Source: Nitrospirota bacterium (lineage in GTDB: Bacteria > Nitrospirota > UBA9217). From it: DNA of 64,000 nt. Location of the stretch: NCBI GenBank assembly GCA_963737155.1, contig CAVTRN010000001.1:1-64000 (forward strand), written 5' to 3'. A program made the position numbers and the translations under genes. A model generated the notes under the pieces. The model had not been told where the DNA came from. It did not search any database and saw only the letters and a list, made by a program, of their open reading frames with translations. Of the stretch, positions 57,934 to 64,000 are shown one piece after another (position 1 is the first letter of the stretch; the number at the start of each line of letters is the position of its first letter).

Positions 57934-60039
57934 TCATTTTTTCCGTTTTTGTCTGTATCGCGGTGAATGAGTAAGACTCAAATGAGAACGTACAATGACA
58001 TCCATGTGGTTGCTCATGGTAAAGTCTGTATAATCGTATTTTTTAGGAGTTCGTAATTTACGAATGCATAGAGCAAATATAGGAGCAGGGACTATCATCA
58101 AAAGTCGTTTATGTTCAAAAAAAAGAGCCTTAGTTCTATCCTTCTCGTTATCTGTTAAAGCTTCGCTTTTCCCACGTCTAACCGCTATAGCGAAACTGCC
58201 ATATTCGCCGCTTGTATAATCTAATATTTGTCTGAAGTCGTCAGGTGTTAGTTCTTCGTAGTTCTTGCATTCAAAAACAATTTGCCTGCTGCGGTAGTCC
58301 TCGTAAATTCTTTGCCAGAATGTTGTTTTAGTAATGTTAGTTGCTACAACATCTCTTTGATTCAAAGCTGCTGTCGGATTTGGTTTAAGTTCAATGTTCG
58401 TTAAAGATCCAGCGAACAATAATCTGACTGCCCTCGCTACCCACGTTTCAAAGGCACTACTGCCATCATGTCCCGTGGGGATGCCCGATAGTTCCTCAGG
58501 AAGCCTTCCGAGTCGCTTCAGGCGTAAATTGAACGTATCACTTTTTGGCGGGGCAGTATATTCATCGTTTACCTTGATTAACATTTCTGATGGCTCAGAT
58601 GTCACCGATATGTCAAGCGCCTTCCAGTAACAAGGGTGAATAAGGGTTTCACGATTCGGGTCCGCGGTTAGAAGTTCAGACATGGCACCATCATGACAAA
58701 ACAAATAATTACCAGAGCTAGCATCTTTAAGTCCTATAAACCCGACACTGTAAAGGGCCGAAAACATCTCGCTACCGGTTTCAAAAAGAATTAAATCTCG
58801 AGCGGCACTATCTGCATAGTCGTTATGATCTGCGATATATTGCAAATGATCTGATACTGCTCGAAAAGGTTGCAACGCAGGCAGACCGTGAAAGCTTGTC
58901 ACAAAAAGACGAAGTCCCGGTAAAACTTTATCGTACTCTTTACACAAGTCCTCGAGCCTGTACTGTGAAATACTAATCGCGCTCTTTTCTATATCGTTCT
59001 CAATAAGAACATTGCGTCCTTCGCGAGTTGCGTTTACATATGATTCGTTGAGTAGTACCAGAATATCCCTAGGTCGAAATAGTGTAAATCTCAAGCACTT
59101 ATTAAAACCTTCGCGATTCTGAAGTTCGCGCTGAGCGAATCTGTTCCAGACCTTCACTTCATTTTCTACGCTATCTAGTTTAAGTACAATGCGCAACCGG
59201 GCAGCAATAAAATGGAAGAGCGACTCTTCATTCCACTGTAAGCGGAGTGTATGCCCTTCAATATGGCGTGTAAAATCATCGTCGAGTTGTGCAAGAGCTC
59301 GAATCATGTTATCTCTGATAAACAAAATTGGATAAAAAGGAAATCGTCTTTCTCGATATTCTGATGCTGTTCTAGCAAGACCACCAAGAATGGATACGGA
59401 AGGGACATCTGGAACCCATGCTTCATCGAGACGGTCGTAAAGAGCTACGATCCGAAGCTCCGTTTTTTCGAGCGCCTCATGAAGGGAATCAGTAACTTGT
59501 CTAACCTGGTAGTTTGTCGCAATTATTCGTGCAATTTCTTCCTTCGAAGGAGAACCAGATAATGTTCTTTTCAAAATTGCCATGCAATTTGTAATGCCAC
59601 TTCCGGTGCAATAATCTTGGTGTCTTTTAATATACTCATTTAGAAATACTGCATTTTCTGACTTATTAAACAAATAATGTGTAGAAACAGCACTTGTTGA
59701 CCTGAGCAGAAAATGCACTGTCCAGAGTAAACGTGATATAGGACGTAGAAGGCGATATTCTTTGGATATAGATGCGAGAAGCGATTGCATCTCTAGCATT
59801 TCATAATCTTGCGGCTCTTCAGTAATTAATATCGTACCAGTATCAGATGACAAAACATCTTTTAGCCGTTGATATATTGCACTCTTCCCAGTTCCTCGAC
59901 GCCCAACAACATAGCTAAAATCCGTGGTGTGAAGCAAAGCTTGGTAGTCAGCTGTTTCAATAAAACCCTGGCTCAACATTTGCCGATCTGCTTCGGCTTG
60001 TGCTGATCCAAGTAGGTTTCCAATCTTTTTATTTTGCAT
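57934..60039 (-). CDS. Sll1717-like P-loop ATPase with C-terminal restriction-endonuclease-like domain
   Basis: GRRGTGKS, YDRLDEAW, RPRDIL; C-terminal FE..QRD..FECKNY. Confidence 0.75.
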   Translation of the reverse strand: MQNKKIGNLLGSAQAEADRQMLSQGFIETADYQALLHTTDFSYVVGRRGTGKSAIYQRLKDVLSSDTGTILITEEPQDYEMLEMQSLLASISKEYRLLRPISRLLWTVHFLLRSTSAVSTHYLFNKSENAVFLNEYIKRHQDYCTGSGITNCMAILKRTLSGSPSKEEIARIIATNYQVRQVTDSLHEALEKTELRIVALYDRLDEAWVPDVPSVSILGGLARTASEYRERRFPFYPILFIRDNMIRALAQLDDDFTRHIEGHTLRLQWNEESLFHFIAARLRIVLKLDSVENEVKVWNRFAQRELQNREGFNKCLRFTLFRPRDILVLLNESYVNATREGRNVLIENDIEKSAISISQYRLEDLCKEYDKVLPGLRLFVTSFHGLPALQPFRAVSDHLQYIADHNDYADSAARDLILFETGSEMFSALYSVGFIGLKDASSGNYLFCHDGAMSELLTADPNRETLIHPCYWKALDISVTSEPSEMLIKVNDEYTAPPKSDTFNLRLKRLGRLPEELSGIPTGHDGSSAFETWVARAVRLLFAGSLTNIELKPNPTAALNQRDVVATNITKTTFWQRIYEDYRSRQIVFECKNYEELTPDDFRQILDYTSGEYGSFAIAVRRGKSEALTDNEKDRTKALFFEHKRLLMIVPAPIFALCIRKLRTPKKYDYTDFTMSNHMDVIVRSHLSLTHSPRYRQKRKK

Positions 60040-60536
60040 GGTGTTCCTTTTTATTTCATATGTGGGAAGTCAAATGCAAGAGTGGCGCACAATCTGCTGT
60101 TGTTGCCATTATTTATCGGTCTTACGATAGAATGGACTTCCTCTGTAACGGATTCCTATCCCCACAAATATATGCTTGATTCGGTGACATGTCAACAACG
60201 CTGAACGGTGATGTCAATTGGAGGGGTGTCGTAGCGATAATTAATGGGCAGAACGCTCACGAATACAGCTTGAAAATTACATTATGGCCATCAAACGACC
60301 TTCGGGTTGTAGACCCGATGGACTTTTTTGTGCTCCGTTTTTAAGATGGACAGCATATCAACACTCGATACTTTCAACTTGAAGCAAAGTATTCGTCCAA
60401 TTTCCGAACGTTGCACTCCACACCTACTTATGTATAATGCCAATATTATGACAGCGGTATGAAATCCGGTTTGATTCTTGCAATGAGCGTTTCGGCCTTC
60501 GCGGCAGTAGCCAGATTGGCGGCGTAAGTTCATAGA

Positions 60537-61154
60537 TCAAAATGACGTAAATATCTCAGGCCCTTTATTAAACTCGTATTCCATTACATCAGATAAATTA
60601 TCCCATAGATTATGCTCGGACGGATAAAAACGATCAAAAATATCTTTTTTCGTAGCTAGTATTTCGACACTGAGTGGAACCTCATTGACTCGTGTTTTCA
60701 TTGGTTGCGGATTGAAATTTACGGCACCGGGGCAGATGAATTCCCACACATTTGAATATAATTGGTGAATAATTCGGTTCACGGACTTATGATGTGGATG
60801 ATCATACTCTCCTTTTGTATTATGTGTGAAAACTAACGATGGAGCGAAACATTTTTCTTGAATAGCGTTTTTCCAGGCCAGAAATTCATTATCGGATAGA
60901 TTCTTCATGCCTGTATCTTTTTGGCCAAGTGTAAGATATGCCACAATACCAACACCAAGACTCTTTAAGTATTCCATTGCTTTTTTAAACTGTCTGAATC
61001 TTTCTTCGTTTTCAGGCCCTGTAAAAGTGACAACCGTCCAATGCCAATTCGGGTAATACAGCATTGTGCCACCAGAAAAGATTATTTCATCATCAGGATG
61101 CGCAACTGCTATTAGGGCATTCACGCTCTTATCTGTCGGTATATTCCAATTCAT
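60537..61154 (-). CDS. PIG-L/LmbE-family deacetylase
   Basis: VAHPDDE, THN..GEY.HPHH. Confidence 0.85.
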   Translation of the reverse strand: MNWNIPTDKSVNALIAVAHPDDEIIFSGGTMLYYPNWHWTVVTFTGPENEERFRQFKKAMEYLKSLGVGIVAYLTLGQKDTGMKNLSDNEFLAWKNAIQEKCFAPSLVFTHNTKGEYDHPHHKSVNRIIHQLYSNVWEFICPGAVNFNPQPMKTRVNEVPLSVEILATKKDIFDRFYPSEHNLWDNLSDVMEYEFNKGPEIFTSF

Positions 61155-61253
61155 GACTGAATTCTCCGCTTTACTTACCATCACAATAGCCTCACCAGCC
61201 TATGTAAATACAGTCAATAACGTTGCCACAATCTTGCCTGACGCTCGTTTGGG

Positions 61254-62000
61254 TCAGTCCGCGATATTGACGTAGGTGATTGGATTCTGTGCTCCTTGAG
61301 TGAAAAGGTGCCCCACATAGGAATTGATATAATGTTGGCGAAGGGAGTCTTCTGCCAGTGTACCAACAAATTCCCAACGCCCACGGCGGGGGAAACCTTT
61401 TCCATTATATCTGACATTGAACGTGGATCCCGAAGATACCCAACTTGTGATTCGGTAAACCTCACGGACAACTCCCTCGAAAACCGCAAATGCGTATTCC
61501 GCTTTGTCGCGTTTGTTAGCAACTTTCCACGCAGAGCGAGTAGCATCATAGAGTTCGATAGGAGTCATGCCGTAGTGGTATAGCTTGTTGATCCTAATGA
61601 GGATGGAGGGTTCTGTAATCCTGGCTTTACGATGGGTATAGTGTGCGATTAGTTCTTGGAGAGGCATTCGACCATATTTAGCGCCGCGACCGCGGACTGC
61701 ATTGGCAAGGTTATGAATTCCCATCAAGTCAATTACGGCTGCTTCAATTGCAAGAGCAGTCTTTTCGTTCGGAAGACCGTGAGCGAGAATATCTATTTGG
61801 GGCTCGACTCCAGACGAGCGCATCTCCTTGATGATTTTGGCAACGTCGCGCTCCTCCTCAGCGTTAAGATGCGCAAGGGCGCGTCCACCTCGACCTTTTC
61901 CAACATAGAAAACCGTGTCATCGAGCGGGTTAACGTAGAGGTAGACGTAAAACCCAAGCGTACGCGCGACAGACTGAGGAATCTTTGGAGAGAGAGCCAT
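61254..62000 (-). CDS. LEM-3-like GIY-YIG nuclease
   Basis: YVYLY..P....FYVGKG...R...H, EAAVID, LAN.VRG. Confidence 0.85.
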   Translation of the reverse strand: MALSPKIPQSVARTLGFYVYLYVNPLDDTVFYVGKGRGGRALAHLNAEEERDVAKIIKEMRSSGVEPQIDILAHGLPNEKTALAIEAAVIDLMGIHNLANAVRGRGAKYGRMPLQELIAHYTHRKARITEPSILIRINKLYHYGMTPIELYDATRSAWKVANKRDKAEYAFAVFEGVVREVYRITSWVSSGSTFNVRYNGKGFPRRGRWEFVGTLAEDSLRQHYINSYVGHLFTQGAQNPITYVNIAD

Positions 62001-62237
62001 TCGATACCTCCTAGTGCATAACGCTGCAGCTGATAAAAAACTTTAACAAAAAACGCAATAATACAAAATGAATTTTGTACATTCACTAATATTATATGAA
62101 ACTCGACTTCACTTATAATCTTGCGGCCCGAAGCTGTATCTAATACCTCAACTTCCAGTTGAAATGTTGAACTACTGGAGACGAACATCGCGGTGCCCCT
62201 CCCAAGCTTTTCTCCTGTGGTATCAAGCCATCTGATA

Positions 62238-64000
62238 TTATCGGGAGGGATTTGTTTTCGGCCGCGGATTGAAGTCTCCGGGGACCACATTCGGTATGCC
62301 GTTGGCGATGTCCACCGGCGTTACGCCAATATCCTTCAAGCCGTAACCGCTTTTTTGTGGCAGCTCGTTCACGATACGTTCTGGAATCACGGCATAGGAT
62401 CGGGGAAGGGCTCGGACAGAACCCTGAAGACGAGCCTGATCAAAGGCCGAGAGCAAATCGCTCACGTCGCTCGTCATCGAATCGTCCGGTCCCCAATTGC
62501 TCCGGCCGAATTCCCGCTGACCCCGCACGCGTCCCTCGGCCTCTGCGGGTAACTCCGCTAGGGGTTTGAGCCCAAAGAGGACGTCTACGAACTTTACAAC
62601 CGACCCATGATCACCTGAATCGTGCGAGACGACGTGAACGCGGGCATAGGGCGAAATCAGAATTAACGGGACGCGTGGACCATCGGTCACAACGCTCCCG
62701 TCCGGTCCGTAGGATCGGATCGGCGGAGGAACATGATCGTAATCGCCCTCCGAATCATCCCAGGTGATGATGATCACGCAGTTCGGCCAGTATTTGCTTT
62801 GCGCGACGGCATTGACGACTTTGGCCACCAGCGCCTCGCTGATCTGCGCATCGGAATAGGCCGCATGGTCGTCGTCGCCCAGAAAGTTTTTCTGCACATC
62901 GGGATCGGGATCGGCGGGCTTCATTCCGAAGATGTTCCGGTATCCCCCTTTGACAAAAAAGACTCCGCCTTCGTCGGGAAGCCTGGAGTTCATGACATCA
63001 TCAAAGAAATCCTGGAGCCCGTGCAGATTCCGGGTGAGTTCGAGATTATTGGCGATGTAGCCGAAGTACTGCGGCCCGTTATGGTGAGTGATGTAAGAAG
63101 CATGCATTCCGCCGGCGTCGACTGGTCCCTCATCGTCGTCGGTTGGCTCTTTGTCGTAGCCTTCTTCGTACCAGCCCCATGGTATCGCTCTTCCGCCGTT
63201 TTGCCTGAGAAACGCAACATCATCCTTTACATCGGCAAGGTCGTTGTCCGGGTCGCGGTCATGCGAGGTCACTTCAGCCGCGTCTTTTCCTGACATCGAA
63301 AGCGGCAAGGTCGCATACGTCTGATTGAGCTGGATACCGTACGGATGGGGACCGGTGAAGTCACGAGGATTGACCGGCTGCTTGCCACCCGAGGGTGTCG
63401 TGTCCGCTGGAGATCCCCAAAACGGATCCCAGTCATTCAAGACCGGCTCTCCTGCCGTGCTGTCCCCATTGTCCGCATACCGCTCGTCCGGATGCAGTGC
63501 CGCCTGCGTTTGTCCGGTTTGAGCGGCAATAATGGCGAGGTTTCCGGGCGTCGAAGGACCGGTCATCAACTGGAAGACGTGATCGAAGAGCACGAATCGG
63601 TTTGCATAGCGCCACAGGAACGGAATCATATCCCCGTCCATATAGGCCATGGTAAGCTCGCCCATCTGCTTGGCCTGAAGGCTGGGAGCAGCGCCCATCT
63701 TCGGATATTTGTCTTCTTCAACTTGAGCGAACTTATCCATTTTCGCCGCGCCGTCAACGATGTCCATCTTTGCTACGATCCGAGAATGGGAGTGATCGAC
63801 GTCATCGGTGTCCGCCGCGTATTCGCGGGGTCCGATGCGGAACGGTTGGATCGTGGAGACCGTTCCGTCGGTGCCGATGAGCTGCTGATGGAATCCCGGG
63901 GTTTTTTCCGGAGGCTGCGAAAAGATCCCATCTGCCCCTGGAAACGTGCCGAAATAAGAATCAAACGAGCGGTTTTCCTGGTAGATGACGAAGACGTACT
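62238..64000 (-). CDS. Phosphoesterase family (phospholipase C/acid phosphatase), 5' end outside window
   Basis: Frame open to the window edge with YQENRSFDSYFG; GPSTPGN, TWDDSEG.YDHV.PP, GPRVP...ISP. Confidence 0.9.
   Translation of the reverse strand, partial: YVFVIYQENRSFDSYFGTFPGADGIFSQPPEKTPGFHQQLIGTDGTVSTIQPFRIGPREYAADTDDVDHSHSRIVAKMDIVDGAAKMDKFAQVEEDKYPKMGAAPSLQAKQMGELTMAYMDGDMIPFLWRYANRFVLFDHVFQLMTGPSTPGNLAIIAAQTGQTQAALHPDERYADNGDSTAGEPVLNDWDPFWGSPADTTPSGGKQPVNPRDFTGPHPYGIQLNQTYATLPLSMSGKDAAEVTSHDRDPDNDLADVKDDVAFLRQNGGRAIPWGWYEEGYDKEPTDDDEGPVDAGGMHASYITHHNGPQYFGYIANNLELTRNLHGLQDFFDDVMNSRLPDEGGVFFVKGGYRNIFGMKPADPDPDVQKNFLGDDDHAAYSDAQISEALVAKVVNAVAQSKYWPNCVIIITWDDSEGDYDHVPPPIRSYGPDGSVVTDGPRVPLILISPYARVHVVSHDSGDHGSVVKFVDVLFGLKPLAELPAEAEGRVRGQREFGRSNWGPDDSMTSDVSDLLSAFDQARLQGSVRALPRSYAVIPERIVNELPQKSGYGLKDIGVTPVDIANGIPNVVPGDFNPRPKTNPSR

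Noticed and set aside
62238-63767. Phosphoesterase starting at 63767 as in the ORF track
   Set aside because: The frame stays open to the window edge and includes the ENRSFD motif, so the true start is outside the window.

Overview
Accessory DNA from a bacterium, with no rRNA, tRNA or CRISPR array seen. (1) ~0.2-22.5 kb is a run of short, unrelated, co-oriented (+) genes: a HEPN-like protein, RelE-like + Shedu, and many membrane, secreted or lipoproteins. They are separated by degenerate attC-like palindromes, a recurring ~60-bp element and near-consensus promoters. This looks like a decaying integron-cassette (CALIN-like) array hit by three IS elements (ISL3, ISNCY, IS1634) with intact terminal repeats and target duplications. 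(2) 22.7-28 kb holds two paralogous tyrosine integrases plus a third fragment, enclosing a split, membrane-anchored Cas4-like nuclease pair, followed by a PIN protein and an RHH regulator. (3) 28-62 kb is a dense defence island: a DISARM-like locus (DrmA/DrmB, NERD-helicase, two unknown genes, no DrmC) behind Dcm-Vsr-EcoRII-like R-M; a LexA-like/MBL/membrane operon; Lamassu (ABC-3C); Septu-like PtuAB translationally coupled to an NspC-like decarboxylase and DUF3326; a divergent kinase-NDT fusion plus an MfnB variant; a P-loop ATPase-nuclease; and GIY-YIG + PIG-L. (4) 62.2-64 kb is a GC-richer phosphoesterase gene running off the window. The best novelty candidates are the PtuAB-NspC-DUF3326 / kinase-NDT-MfnB cluster, the integrase/split-Cas4 operon and the DISARM variant. 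Family calls come from motif recognition by eye; no database searches were run.
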